Assembly: GCA_047967505.1 (NCBI GenBank) | Contig: CM106538.1 | Strand: one strand, 5' to 3' | Length of the DNA stretch: 64,000 bases | Source of the DNA: Dipteris shenzhenensis | Taxonomy: Eukaryota | In this document: positions 1 to 13,140 of the stretch, one piece after another | Layout of the letters: the number at the start of each line of letters is the position of its first letter | Position numbering within the stretch: the stretch's first letter is position 1 | The notes under the pieces: model-generated | Database searches by the model: none | The model's input: only the letters and a program-made list of their open reading frames with translations | What the model was told of the DNA's origin: nothing | Made by a program: the position numbers and the translations under genes

Positions 1-7
1 ATGTTTT

Positions 8-1531
8 GAGCTATGTGACTAGATAGTGTCCTTTGATCCACGCCCACACGATGATAATAATGAGATGAAAGATTTCGATTTGACAAGTAATGTGAGATGA
101 AATATTTCAATTGCATTACTAATGTGAGACTAAAAGATTTTGATTAGTGAACATTTCGATTGAAGAACTAATGTGATACGAAAGATTTTGATTAGACAAC
201 TAATTTGAGACGAAAGATTTTGATTAGACAACTAACATGAGACTGAAGAATGATAAGGCCGAGCTCAATGAACTCAAATATTTCGATCACCAAACTAACA
301 TGAGACTGAAGATTGAGAAGGTCGGCCTCAATGAACTCTCTCCCTATTTAAATGCAGTGTAGACACAACTAAGAGCCCATTATCAAATCTAGCCGCAAAA
401 TTGTGTACACCGATCCACCTACTGCCGATCCACCTATAGCGAATATATGGAATATCCAAATAACTTTGGAATTATTTTGTTCTACTTGAAAATGATGTTG
501 GATGGCATCCTCGCAGAAACAAACCCGGAGAAGGAGGAGGAAAATAGCTGCAAGGAGGACATGCTTCGGTGGTGGGTGTATTACTTGGAGTTAGAGACAG
601 TGAATATTAATTTCCCTGGCTATTGTTTTTCCTGCTCCTTTAATGTACTTGTCAAGCTCATGATGTAGGTTTCTTTTGGCAAGACATGCTAGAGGCACAA
701 AGATGTATAGAGTGCAAAGACTAGGATGCAGAGGACCAAGGAGGAGTTACTATGGGCGCATAAGTTGGCAGAGTCAAGTAAGCAATGTGTAATCCGAGTG
801 TGTAAAGAGGTCTACCATTGTGCATCATATTGGCCTAAAGAGTGGCCTAAAGAGCTGGGAGATGCTTGCCATAGAGAGGCTGATAAGATAGTTGGGAATT
901 TGGAATTTCCTTGAAAACGAAAAATGTCATTGTATTTTGAAACAATAAAAATCTTGCAGGCATTTCTTGGACTTGTGAACTTTCTCATGGTGCTTGAATA
1001 AATACCTGATTTTGTATCGACCTTCTTCCATGTTAGGACTTAAATGTTTTAAGTAGCCCGATGGTTGAAATCTGATGGTTAACGATAACTAGTCTAAATG
1101 GCACTAGCACTGTGTAACAAATTTTAGGATAGCATGGCAGTAGTGTAGGGATAGCATAGTAGTAATGCAAGATAAGTTATCGCTAGCATGGTGGTTTATT
1201 GCACTAGGATATTAACATCCATCAACATGGTGGTTTCCTTGTATTATTACAAGATGAATGGATTTGTAGGATGTGTGGATTTGTTGTGGGAAACCAGCGT
1301 AGTGGTTGTTGGGATATACTAAAAACAAGCATGGGATGAAATCTCACGGTTAACAAAATGATAAATAGTCTAAAGGGCACTAATTTTGTATAGCATTGTG
1401 CAACAAATTTTAGGATAGTACGGCAGTAGTGTAGGAATAGCATGGTAGTAGTGTAGGATAAGCTCTCACCAGCACGGTGGTTTGCTTCTATTATTACAAG
1501 AAGAATGGATTTGTAGGATGTGTGGATTTGT
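8..1531. repeat. Terminal arm of a dispersed DNA-transposon family; inverted, diverged copy of ~50850-52240
   Basis: Several blocks match in reverse complement. GACTAGATAGTGTCCTTTGATCCA (17-40) pairs with TGGATCAAAGGACACCATCTAGTC (~52209-52232), and GAAGGAGGAGGAAAATAGCTGCAAGGAGGACATGCTTCGGT (~530-570) pairs with ~51841-51881. The arm contains short ~32-bp subterminal-type repeats at 60-320. Confidence 0.85.
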
Positions 1532-2179
1532 GAGGTAGTCGATAGAACGAGCGAGGAAAAGCGAGCGGGCCCAAAAAAGCGAGCGAGCTTTTCCACAATT
1601 TCCTTATCGCGGTACTCAACATAACTTTGTGCAAACCACTATTTGGGAAGATTCTCAAAAATAAAACTTATGTTACTATGTGTAACTATACCAACATTGT
1701 GAATTATAGTCTACCTTAACTTCCAATTGGAGCCATACTCACATTATGCAACAATAGTATGTGGGTTTGAAAGAAACCAAATTTCCACTCCAAATCGGAT
1801 TCCATTATTGATACAACAATTCTTTTGCATTTGAAATAGGTCTTATTATCACAAGTCCTTCAATAATCAAAACAAATGCGTTGCTTGATATGTTGAACTT
1901 AGTAATGAAACATCACTTCACCCATATGCAGGGAAAAAAACTGTTTGTAGACTTCATAGCATGGGATTGCATCAACACTTATGACATTCAAAACGGTTCT
2001 TCTTATTAAAAGTGTTATCAACCATGAAAGAAGTGAATGTTTAAAAATAGTTCACCCGTATGTTGAAAAAACCCAACTGTCATTTATGACATTCAAAATT
2101 GCAACCATCCCGTAGTTCCTAGAGATTTTGCCCATACTTCCAACCCCTTCCCTTCAACCACTAAGAGGTATCTAATAGT

Positions 2180-2470
2180 TTTGTAGAGCACTTGAGATAT
2201 CATCACCTCCTAATACAAAACCATTATTACTATTTATAGAACACTTGAGATATCATCACCTCTTAATACAAGACCATTCTTACTATTTGTAGAACACTTG
2301 AGATATCATCACTCCTTTCCTTCAGCCACTAAGAGGTACCTAATACTTTTGTAGAACACTTGAACCATTCTTACTATTTGTAGAACACTTGAGATATCAT
2401 CACCTCTTAATACAAAACCATTCTTACAATTTGTATAACACTTGAGATATCATCACCTCTTAATATAAGA
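2180..2470. repeat. ~54-bp minisatellite inside the MULE-like element
   Basis: GAACACTTGAGATATCATCACCTC(T/C)TAATACAA is repeated about 5-6 times. Confidence 0.9.
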
Positions 2471-3664
2471 CTATTTTTAGTATATCAACCAAAAAAGTCA
2501 AAGGCATGACCAATGTATGGACATTGAATGTTCTTTAATAAGAATATATTTTTATCAAATGAATTTATGTCTATTATGCCAAAGTAGATGAAACAAATAA
2601 CAAGAAATCTATTCATTTTGTAATGCAAGAAATCTCTTGCTAGACTATATATATTGAGTGCAATGTTTTATGCATATCCTATCAAAGATATATGCAAAAC
2701 AAAAATCACTACAAACTATCAACCACATTTAAAAATGCAAGGAGTGTCCTCGAATCATATTAGATCATATTATTAAGAACATCATGATCTATACCTATCT
2801 TCTTGAACAATGTGTATCATAATTAAATTTCACATAAGAAGCTATTGAATGCTATTCATCCTAAAGCATGGCAAGTGACTTCTACATAAATAATAGTAGA
2901 ATTTGTACTTCATATTATAATAGATATCGCTTTAATTTGGAAAATATCACATGAGTGCATATATACATGAATCATATGGGTGTTTGAAAGGCTCAATAGC
3001 AAACTCATTACCATCCTAATCAACAAGATCCAATCGAGCTCTCTTGGCACTAGCAACCTACACAAGGGGCTCCCAACACTACCCTCAATCAAAGTATTAT
3101 TATCAAAAGAGAAGCATGCATCCCATTTGTCAAGCATTCTCTGATGAGAGGTACAATACCACATCCCATCTCCATTCATAGTATTATTATCAAAAGAGAA
3201 GCATGCATGCCCATTTGTCAAGAATTCTATGATGAGAGGTGCAATAACACATCCCATCTCCATTCATAGGCCACCTAGAGGATACAAAAGGATCAAATTA
3301 CATTCAATGAAACTAGTGGATCTCTTGCTTTTTATTGAAAATGCATGGTGGATGATGCTCCAGGTTCCTTCTATACCTCAAGCCTGATAATGAGTCCACT
3401 AGTTACTCATTTGTTGTATATTTAGCTTCTCAAAGATAAGTTCAATATATACATTAAATATTGGAGGTGTATGGCCTAAATGCATCATAAAACCAAGTAT
3501 ATTTGATCTCTTGAATCACACAATGATTCAAGGAGTTTATCTTCTCCTTCTTATTTAGGTAACCATGTAGAATTTTATCTAGAACAACACACAATGATCC
3601 ACTCCAATAATTGCATGCAAACAGAGATTCCATGTATTTTGGGACCATTTTGCACTGCATATTA

Positions 3665-4095
3665 ATACTTGGTCTCTACCACCCCTCAATATTTATGATG
3701 AGATATGGATATGACCTTGGAATAGTGTAGATGAGCTTGAGTACTACAATTTTGGTTCTTACATCATCTCGATCAAAGGTCTGTAGAAAAAGTTATGGCC
3801 TCTACAAGCGAGATTTTGGGCCTTCTAGGACCATTCTGCACCGCGTATTAATACACGGCCTCTACGAACCCTCAAGCTTAATGTTGGAATATGAACTTCT
3901 AGTGGCGTAGATGAGCTTGATTACTACAATTTTGGTTTTTAAATCATCTCGATCGGAGGTCTGTAGCAAGAGTTATGGCCTCTGTAAGCAGAGATTCCGA
4001 GCCTTCTAGGACCATCTTTGCACAACAGATTAATATGCTATCTCTACCACCCATCAAGTTCCATGTTGAAATTTTACCTTGAAGTGGTGTAGAGG
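3665..4095. repeat. ~178-bp tandem repeat (about 2.5 copies) inside the MULE-like element
   Basis: GTAGATGAGCTTGA.TACTACAATTTT...CATCTCGATC...GGTCTGTAG...AGTTATGGCCTCT occurs at ~3727 and ~3907. Confidence 0.85.
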
Positions 4096-6149
4096 ATAAG
4101 CTGTACATAACTATGGATTCTAAGTAAATTTTTAAAAAATTGGATATCCTTAAAATAATACAAAATAATTCCCTCTAGTTTTTAATTTTATTTATGATGC
4201 AAAAGGCAAAGGAAAAATGTATTTTCAGAGTCATGCAAAGTGGGGTAAAAAGAGAAGAGGTTATGAGAAAAACATAAAGAATTGAGGTCTTTTGATGCCG
4301 CTACCATTTGTTCTAAATGAGGAATAGGTGTAAAGAAATAGAGATTCCACTCCTAGAGGCAAGAGGTAATAAAGAAAGGTAGCTACAATAGGCAATAGGA
4401 GGCCAGGAGGCAAGACAGGCGCCAACAACTTTCAATAAAGATTTTATATGTTTGAGCAAAGGAGGAGGAAAGTTAGACTTTGGTTATATTGATTGAGCTT
4501 CAATTAAATTTGTGAATTAATAATGTCTCATATAATGGATGGTTTGCTCATTTTTCATCACTCGGTTCAATTATTTTGCTCGCTTATTTCCGCTCGCTTT
4601 GTGGTAATCCTCTGGATTCGTTATGGGAAACCAATGCGGTGGTTGTTGGCATATACTAAAAACAAGCATGGGATGAAATCTAACGGTTAACAAAACAATA
4701 AACAGTGTAAAGGGCTCTGATTTAGTATAGCACTGTGCAATAAATTTTAGGATAGCACGGCAGTAGTGTAGGGATAGCATGGTAGTAGTGCAAAATTAGT
4801 GCAGGATAAGTTATCGCCAGTGCGGTGGTTGGTTGCATTAGAATATTAACAGCCACCAGCATGGTGGTTTGTTCTATTATAACAAGATGAATGGATTTGT
4901 AGGATGTGTGGATACATTTTGGGAAACCAATGCAGTGGTTCTTAGGATATACTAAAAAAAATCATGGGATGAAATCAGACGGTTAACGAAACAATAAACA
5001 ATCTAAAGGGCACTAGTTTAGTATAGTATTGTGTAATAAATTTTAGGATAGCACGATAGTAGTGTAGGGATAGCATGGTAGTAATGCAGGATAAGTTATC
5101 GCCAATGCAATGGTTTGCACTAGGACATTAACAGCCACCAGTGCAATGGTTTGCTTCTATTATTACAAGATGAATGGTTTGCACTACGACATTAACAGCC
5201 ACCAGTGCAATGGTTTGTAGGATATGTGTATTTGTTATGAGAAACCAGTGCGGTGGTTGTTGGGATATACTAAAAACAAGCATGGGATGAAATCTAACGG
5301 TTAACAAAATGATAAATAGTTTAAAGGACACTTATTTAGTATAGCACTATGCAACAAATTTTAGGATAGCATGGCAGTAGTGTAGTAATACCATGGTAGT
5401 AGTGCAAGATAAGCTCTCGGCAGCACGGTGGTTGGTTGCAGTAGGATATTAACAACCACCAGCATGGTGATTTGCTTCTATTATTACAAGATGAATGTAT
5501 TTGTAGGATGTGTGGATTTGTTATGGGAAACTAGTGTGGTGGTTGTTGGGATATACTAAAAACAAGCATGCAATGAAATCTAACGGTTAAGGAAATGATA
5601 AACAGTGTAAAAGGCAGCACTGATTTAGTATAGCACTATGCAATAAATTTTAGGATAGCATGGTAGTAGTGTAGGGATAGCACGGTAGTAGTGCATGATT
5701 AGTTATTGCCAGTGCGGTGGTTGGTTGCACTAGGATATTAACAGCCACCAACGTGGTGGTTTGTTTCTATTAACCATGCTGGTTTAGGACAATCACATCA
5801 CTGGTGATTGATCTGAAGTAGCCATGGTTGCATTATGTACCAACCACCAGGATGGTTTAGTAAAATAACAATATATTGTGAAATATATTGATGTTAATTT
5901 ATGCTCAACCATGCCACCGAGTTGGACAACAACTAATGTCTATTCAACCACAGTGATTCAGGACAATCACATATCTAGTGATTGAGCTGAACCAACCTAC
6001 AATTGCATGATGTTCCAACCACTAGGCTGGTTTAGGACAATCACATTTAGTCCAAGCCTTGTGTAAGAAATGAAACAAGCAAACTATCCCAAAGCTCAAT
6101 CACAAACAACCACCAGACTGCTTTAGGCTCCACTAACCTGTGTTGTATC

Positions 6150-6808
6150 TGTAAGAAAACGATACAATGTATGTGCTCAATAGATAACAGGATCTCGTAT
6201 GCAAGAGAGAAAAGAAGATAGTATGGACAATCAAAAATTTTATTACTATAAAACTGATACAATAGATGGCGCTACCTCCCAGCCGTGCGCTTCTATGTGA
6301 GAAGCTTCGATGGCATGCTGGAAACAGTAGAGGACAGAGGCTGGATGCTAAGGAATCATGGTTGTTGTAGCCAGTGATGATAATGGGCTTCACGGGCATG
6401 CTCTTACATAGCCACTAGCCGTAGTCGGCTAGACCCAATTGGGATACTGAGCCAGTTGGCCCAAAACGATCGATTGGAGGTCGAAATAGGCCACTGATCA
6501 CACGATAGAACCGTGGCATAGAATAGAGCAACTAACCTACGGTCTCCATTTGGCCCAGAGCCATCCCAGATCATCTGGGGCTCCAAACAAGCCCCGCAAC
6601 CTAAGAGTGGGCTCTGCCCGGGGAAATGCTCTGTCTACCCTTAGTGCGGTCAATCATGGGATGCCTTCCCGCACTTGCATTTAGCATAGTTGGCAATGTG
6701 CCAACTCTGTCTGAAGCCGTCCAGCCACACATGGCCCCCATCTAGTGTCCAAACCAATACCTACCGGATAATCGAGCTACTCAAATGCCTTCTCCTCATA
6801 TGGGGGGA
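6150..6808 (-). mobile_element. Truncated/solo LTR of the same copia family as 15701-16371
   Basis: Co-linear with 15701-16365, from TGTAAGAAAAC...GGATCTCGTATGCAAGAGAGAAAAG to AATGCCTTCTCCTCATATGGGGGG. The last few bases (CTTACA) are missing. Confidence 0.85.
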
Positions 6809-6809
6809 C

Positions 6810-8391
6810 TCTTCGGAGGATTCCTCCTTCCTCTCGAGAAGAGATTGATAGGCAACCCATCATGTGGGATGACAGTATTTTAAATGATCATGGCAGACCA
6901 CTAGGTGCCTCACTCTACATGCAGTGGTCTAGGTGGGAGAGGGGACCTGCATCTTCTATGGGGTCTTGGAAAGCTTTCCGCAGGCTTTCAGAGGAGACCA
7001 AATCAAGGTTGACAGGACATCTCAGAGGGAGTGCAGGGAGGATCTTCCAGATTGAGGCAGCCCTTCCAGAGGTTTGGGTAGACATAGATGATATGCCACT
7101 CACTTCCTCCACTTGAGCAGATCCTTTTTCGAGAGGCGGTGTTCCGCTTTAGGTTTTGGCCTTTCGAGGTGCACAGGAGGATGCTTTGGTTTTTAGTGTC
7201 CAGGATGGTGGCAGATTGCTCAGGTCCATAGAGGACATCTTGCTTGAGTCTGCTTTTCAACCTATCAGGGTTGTAGGTCTATTGGTGCAGGGATCAGATT
7301 CAAAGTGGTTCCTAGACCCAGACCCCCGGCTACTCTCCACTAGGTCTTGGAGGCTCTAGCTTTATGGGGGAGTTCCCATCAGGTATTTACAGTGGGACCC
7401 CAGAGAGTGGGAGTGGATTGACACAGGGCATCGAGAGAAGAGCATCCCCTTCTTTCGTTACATGGTCAGTAATGCCAGGAGATATCAGCTCAGTAATAGA
7501 GGTTGGAGACCTTCCAGAGTTCCTCATTGGGAGACTTTTGATATCACTGCGGATCTACAGAGGTGCTTCTAGAGGAGACTCTGGAAATCCCACAGGAATA
7601 GAAAGATCACTATCTTCTTTTGGCTTTCTATCCATGGTGGGATTGCAGTGAACCTTTGGAGGTCCAGGTTCAGAGCCGACCCTACTTGCCCTCAATGCCT
7701 TTCTGCTTTGGAGACTATTCAGCATTGCTTATGGGATTGCAGACAGGCGAGGATTATTTGGATGGGGGTAGCCAGGATTTTCAGTCACTTTGCCCACTCC
7801 CCATTTTTTATGACATGGGGCTCAGTGGCTTGGCTTTCTCTTACAGGACCTCAGGTTTTTTATGAGAGAGTTGACTCCTCTCGGGCCATTTTGGTTCGAC
7901 GTCATCGGACTGAGTCCTGTTCATTGGATGTGGTACCACACCTTCCTTTTACAGCTGTACATGCCTCTGTGGATACTTCTTGGGAGATTCTAGTGAGCAT
8001 AGCATCCTAGCATATCTGGAGAGCCAGATGCACAGAGGCTTTGGAGGGTACTCAGGTTCATCCCTCGCACACATTGGCTAGTATCTGGACAGTATCTGGA
8101 CAGACACCGTACATACTTTGATGGCCGTATGGATGGGTATGTAGGGAGACTCCCATGCAGGCTCAGCTAGGAGGGCTTCTTTCTTCAGGGAATGGAAGGA
8201 TTCTCCTTTCTTCTCTGAGACTACTACAGGGTTGAGGTGGCACTTTTAGCCTCAGCCTTGGTTGTTTTCCACCTCACTTTGAGGGGGTTTTTATTTATCC
8301 TTATGATTTCATGATGTATTCCACTTTGAGCTTGCTCTCGCGGGTTTTTCCTCTTACTTAATAGAAGTCTTTTTCTTGGAAAAAAAAAAAA
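6810..8391 (+). mobile_element. 5'-truncated L1-type LINE, 3' end of ORF2 with poly(A) tail
   Basis: zf-RVT-type CCHC motif DPTCPQCLSALETIQHCLWDC (ORF 7648-8010), followed by an xHIWRARC motif after a stop. There are several stops and frameshifts, and an A-run at ~8380-8391. Confidence 0.8.
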
Positions 8392-9430
8392 CTTGTCTAG
8401 AAAAAGCATCTATAAGGCGCTACCTCAGTTTGATAGTTGGTAGTGGTGTCAAGATCATTCCATCCAAAAAAGATAAGGTGTTTCTCTTGTGTTTCCAAAC
8501 ACCTATGTTGTCAGCCATGTACATGGATGAGCCCTTTTGCCGGAACTCATCAACCATGCAGTGATATTCACAGTGCTTCATCGGGACAAAAGATAGCTAG
8601 AATGACAGCAAAAGAAAGGGTCAAACACCCAAAAGAGATAGTCCAAAGGGAAAGAGAAACCAAATTTGGAGTATTTATAGTAGCTCAATCCCCATTGAGA
8701 GAGGTGCATCCATAGTTGTAAGCTGGTCCACCTAGCCTCTGGTAGCCTTGGTCACTGCATCAATGTTGACAACTGCAAAGGCAATCATTGTGACTTCAAT
8801 AGAGGAAGTACTTCACTTGGGGCTATTGTGACTTTGGAAATGAATTCACTGATCGTTTTTTTGGTAGAAACTTGATTTTGCATGGTAATAGTTCAGCTTT
8901 TATGATGGTGATGGTAGCATCAACATATAGGGACAGATCACAAGTTCCATGATCATTGTGATTCTTTGGTCGTAGAACAGGTCCCTCTATGTGCAAGAAG
9001 GCATCAACTCCTATAGAATTTGAAAATATTGATAAGAAGAACTCTAGAATGACCAAAGTAATGGTCTCCTCTATTGTTTCATCAATGAGATCAATCTTCA
9101 ACAACTTAGCCCAAGAACCCTTTGCTAGCATGAAAGCTGTTGTACTTGACCAAAACCTTGCCTTCAAAAGCAAATCTAGGAACATTGTCTGAAAGCTGTT
9201 TTATTTTGAGAATAGGGAATGCTTCATATGATTTCCAAGGCTAGATACTCTCGACAATAGCTGTGTCAACAACATCTGTGTCGCTAAAGGTTTGGTCAAT
9301 CTACAATTCACTAGGAGCAATGAATGACTCTACAATAGATTTTACATTTTTTGCATGCATTCAAAGTCTTAGACATAGCAAAGCAAAGGTTTACCAGGGT
9401 TGAAGTCATTGCTTATGAAAAAGTGTTCAC

Positions 9431-9676
9431 CTCAGGGGGGTCACTCATCATATGTAACCCTATCACGTGAGTTCAACAGAAGGATATTTTTTATTTATAA
9501 AATTTACAGAAATAAATATACATAAGGGAACTATTAAAATAGTTTTGGAAAAAATTTACAGTTTTGTATAGAAAAGGGGTACATTTTATGAATGAAAAAT
9601 TTACAGATAAGGGATTTTAGAAATAGGCCATGAACGCATGTGGTATAGAGGGTTTATATATAGTGACCCCCCCGAG
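9431..9676. mobile_element. MITE family A, copy 1 (246 bp)
   Basis: TIR CTCAGGGGGGTCAC...GTGACCCCCCCGAG. 8-bp TSD GTGTTCAC/GTTTTCAC (1 mismatch). Homologous to 17214-17460 and 63465-63710. Confidence 0.9.
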
Positions 9677-10232
9677 GTTTTCACCTTCTTTTATTGTAGC
9701 ATGTCTCTACTTGAATGCATTAGCAAGTTTCATAACTCGCCTATAGCCGGGGTATAATCCATACCTATTTAGACTTCATCTCCTTGAAGTAAGCCTTTGA
9801 GGAGATATGGGAGAACTAGAATCTTCTTTTGGAAGGGTAGATTCCAATTCAAAGGCAATGCAAGCATCCGTACTTGTTTTAGATGGAGTGGTCAAGAACC
9901 TATCAGATTCTGATAAGAAAAGTGGTCATATGTAAGTTCTTAAAGTTTGTAATATAAGATAGGCTTCTCTAAGAAACCTACCATAATTATGTCCATTGGT
10001 TGGACATCATCAAAGACTTATAGCTTCTATTCTACCATGTAATCTTGATCTTTTTAATGATCCATAATTTAAAGCAAACTACAAGGAGTGCATACATTGA
10101 ATAGCTTCAGCCTAACATCTAGTACCGAGTTGCTATTTTGACTAGCTTAGAAACCCTAAGGAAATGTCAAATACTACCACTAAGATTGCCCTTAATTATT
10201 CATGCTTAAAAAGAACACAATAAGACGTCGCA

Positions 10233-10491
10233 CTCAGGGAGTTCACCTTTAAAAAATTTAGTGTACCACATGCATTCAAAAGGAGAGGTATTTTATTTCA
10301 ATTTTTGGGAAAATTTTAACAAGGTTACAATAACAGGAGAGGTTTTTTTATTCAATTTTTAAAAAAAAATCCATTAGTTCATAAGTAAATAGGGGTGGTT
10401 TTATTAGGGAGACAAATTTAGTTGAGGGGTTTTTTTAATACCCCATGAACACACGTGACATGTAGGGGTTCTTAGTAGTGCACCCCCTGAT
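10233..10491. mobile_element. MITE family B, copy 1 (259 bp)
   Basis: Termini CTCAGGGAGTTCAC...GTGCACCCCCTGAT. 8-bp TSD ACGTCGCA/ACGTCACA. Reverse-complement homolog at 56673-56942. Confidence 0.85.
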
Positions 10492-10513
10492 ACGTCACAC
10501 AAGCAAAGCCAAC

Positions 10514-11884
10514 TGTAAGAAATGATCATTTTTTGTTGTTCTTTCTCAAAGGAACGAATCAAGTGCTTCTACAACAGTTCACATGCTCTACCCTCATGTT
10601 CATTTTAAAGTCTTCTTCCCAGATTTGCAAAGAAATTTTGGAATCAACAAGTATTAGCAGAATGGAAAGTTAGCTTGAGAAAAATCTAGTCCTACAACAT
10701 CATTTCTACATCTGCTTCATTATGTCTCAATTTTCAGTATTAAGAGGCTCTCAAAATTCTTTGTAGGGTGTCCTTTCAAGAAAGAATTTCAACAAGAGCT
10801 TTGTAAAAATGGTGCATTTAAAAATGCATTTGTCCAGAAAACAAATTACTGAAAGAAATTTGTAAAACATTATGGAAGTCCTCAAAAACCAAAAACCTGA
10901 CTCTGTAGATTGATGCAATAGGCTAGTCCTAATTTTAGACTCCGACTACTTTGAGTAACGAAGAAAGTAGATGCACAATGGATAGACTGAGCCTCTTTGT
11001 AGGTCTAAATCAAAAACCAAAAACCCGACACTATAGATTGATGTAATAGACTAGTCCTAATAGAAGACTTGACTATGACTACTTTGAGTAACGAAGAAAA
11101 AAGATGTGCAATGGTGGACAGACTAAGCCTCTTTGTAGATCTAAATCACAATCTATAGCATGCGGCTCTCGAATCCAAGACTTTAACAGTAAAGCTTTCG
11201 ACTACTAACCCAACACTTTAATAGCAAATCTCTCATGGAACGATTCAAGACAACTCGAATTAAAGTGATGCACATCATTCATATTAACAAATCTCTACTC
11301 TTAAGTGAAGCTCCTACTATGAGCAAAATTGTAATGATACTCATAACTTCGTATTATGAGCGAACTATGTCGATGCCTAAAGTGAATCAAAAAGAAATCC
11401 AAAACTTACCTTGCAGACCTCAAAAACGTCCAACTGTGATGATGCTCACATATCAGAATGCCACATTTAGTTTCAAAACATTTAGCCACAGATAGCACTC
11501 TGTAGAAGGTCGATTACTTTGGAGCAAAAGATGGACATAACAATAAGCTTCTGCACTTCGTGAACTAGATTCTTATTCTCACGTGTAGAGGAGGTGTCCA
11601 TACAAATATTATGCACACAAAAGTAGAGAACTTCTGGAGTGTGCTCCTATAATTTAAATAGAAAATCAAACAAAGTGCATGGTTGTGAGCTCTTTAACTC
11701 CAATCAAATCTTCCAAAATGCTTGTCCTAACAACTTTCATGCGTGCCTTGTGTTAGCCAAACCGAAATTCAAAGGTTAGTATTCTTGATGCTATAGCAAT
11801 TAGAACCTTGATGCTAAGATTCTTGATGCTATAGAATGAGCAAGACAAGATGTTATTGAGAAAATTAGATGGGGACATCTTACA
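10514..11884 (-). mobile_element. Probable LTR (gypsy-like), ~1.37 kb
   Basis: Inverted termini TGTAAGA...TCTTACA; the minus strand starts TGTAAGATGTCCCC. It has an internal ~130-bp direct repeat (10885-11150) and lies 3' of the gypsy integrase relic. No TSD or clear PPT was found. Confidence 0.4.
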
Positions 11885-12412
11885 ACTCTTATTTCACAAT
11901 TAGAAAATCCTATAAGATAGGTCCTAACTTTGTTTCCTTTTCAATGGTAAGATAATGATGCAACATGGACTTGGACTATTGGCCAAGCTTTGTAATACCA
12001 ATGAATATATCAACGACCACATCCCCAAGGTTTGTGAATTTCCATAGAAACCATTTGGACACAATATTGAGACTGATGACAAAATGATCCCAATCTAGAT
12101 CACCAATAACAGAAATGTTTAAAGTAATCAACTAACTTGCAAACGTGTTGTGATTATTTTGCACCCCCACAAATATTTGCATCACTCAACTTCTGTCACT
12201 CAAAGAACACACCTTGACATTCTTCAAATGACTATGTCCTACTTGGTTGGAGTAATTGAAGGGATACAACCTCTCTATTCTCTCTTTCCATCTTCAGTGT
12301 CTCACCCATACCCTTTTGCTATCAGACACCCATCAATTGGTTTTTGGCCTTCAAAGTACAAGTGTACACTTTAGGATCATTGAGAGTTAAAGGGAATAAT
12401 CTTTTGAACTAT

Positions 12413-13140
12413 TTACCATCTCGCCATTGTCATATAGAGATAACCTACCTCTACAAGTAGTGTGTATGTCCTATGTCCCAAATCTTTGTTTTTGTTGGGG
12501 ATGGCTTGCATGTTGAAGTAGTAGCGCTTCAGTCGGCTCCCGTTCATTATTGTGTTCAATTGGACTCCATCCAATGTTTCTAGCAACACAGCTCTAATGG
12601 GATTCATCTTTCTTACTCGGTAGGGTCCTTGACCTAGATACTTTAGTTTCCCCTCATGTACTTTGGCATTGTATAACAAGACCAAGTCACCTTCCTTGAT
12701 GTCTTTAGATTTAATATTTCTGTCAAACCATGCCTTTCTTCTCTGTTTTTCTGTTGTCATGGCATGGTAGGCGACTAGTCTTGTCTCTGTATGCTTTTCC
12801 AATTGATAGAGTCTTTCTTTCAAGGATTCATGATCTCCCATGTGTTCTTGTACTGCTATGCGTAGGCTTGGTATTACAAATTCTACTGGGACCACAGCTT
12901 CAAGTCCATACACCAATTGAAAAGGTGTGTTCTCTGTACTAACCTTGAGTGTGGTTCGGTATGCCCATAAGGTTGCATTTAGTTTCTCAGCCCAATCAGA
13001 ACATTGTGGTTCTACTACCTTGGTGAGGATAATGCATAATATTTTGTTGGTGGATTCAGCCTATCCATTCCCTTGCGGGTAGTAGGGTGTGCTTTTTCTA
13101 TGGATTACCATAAAGCCAGACAATAGCTCTCTGACTGCAT
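12413..13140 (-). pseudogene. Ty3/gypsy (Tat/Athila-like) integrase C-terminal half
   Basis: Motifs HRKSTPYYPQGNG*AESTNK, WAEKLNATLWAYRTT, VYGLEAVVPVEFVIPSLRI, GPYRV and NGSRLKRYY. Contains a stop and a frameshift. Confidence 0.9.

Larger units (their letters stand above)
1532..4612. mobile_element. Non-autonomous Mutator-like (MULE) DNA transposon, ~3.1 kb
   Basis: Termini are GAGG...CCTC with imperfect TIRs rich in GCGAGCG/CGCTCGC. It is flanked by a 9-bp near-perfect TSD, TGGATTTGT (1523-1531) / TGGATTCGT (4613-4621). Removing it restores the satellite unit. A 9-bp TSD is typical of MULEs. No transposase ORF was seen. Confidence 0.7.
1070..5770. repeat. Tandem array of ~250-320-bp degenerate units, interrupted by the 1532-4612 insertion
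   Basis: The anchor AATCTAACGGTTAAC(AAAA) recurs at ~1070, 1341, 4678, 4975, 5292 and 5578, each followed by TTTTAGGATAGCA(T/C)GG(C/T)AGTAGTGTAGG. The same unit occurs in reverse at ~50850-51310. Confidence 0.9.

Noticed and set aside
60-2470. Short repeats at 60-320 and 2180-2470 as CRISPR-like arrays
   Set aside because: The units are degenerate tandem repeats without unique spacers, there are no cas genes, and the context is eukaryotic TE sequence.
8400-9400. ORFs 8437-8715, 8823-9185 and 8989-9192 as a gene
   Set aside because: No recognisable motifs, splice structure or consistent strand.
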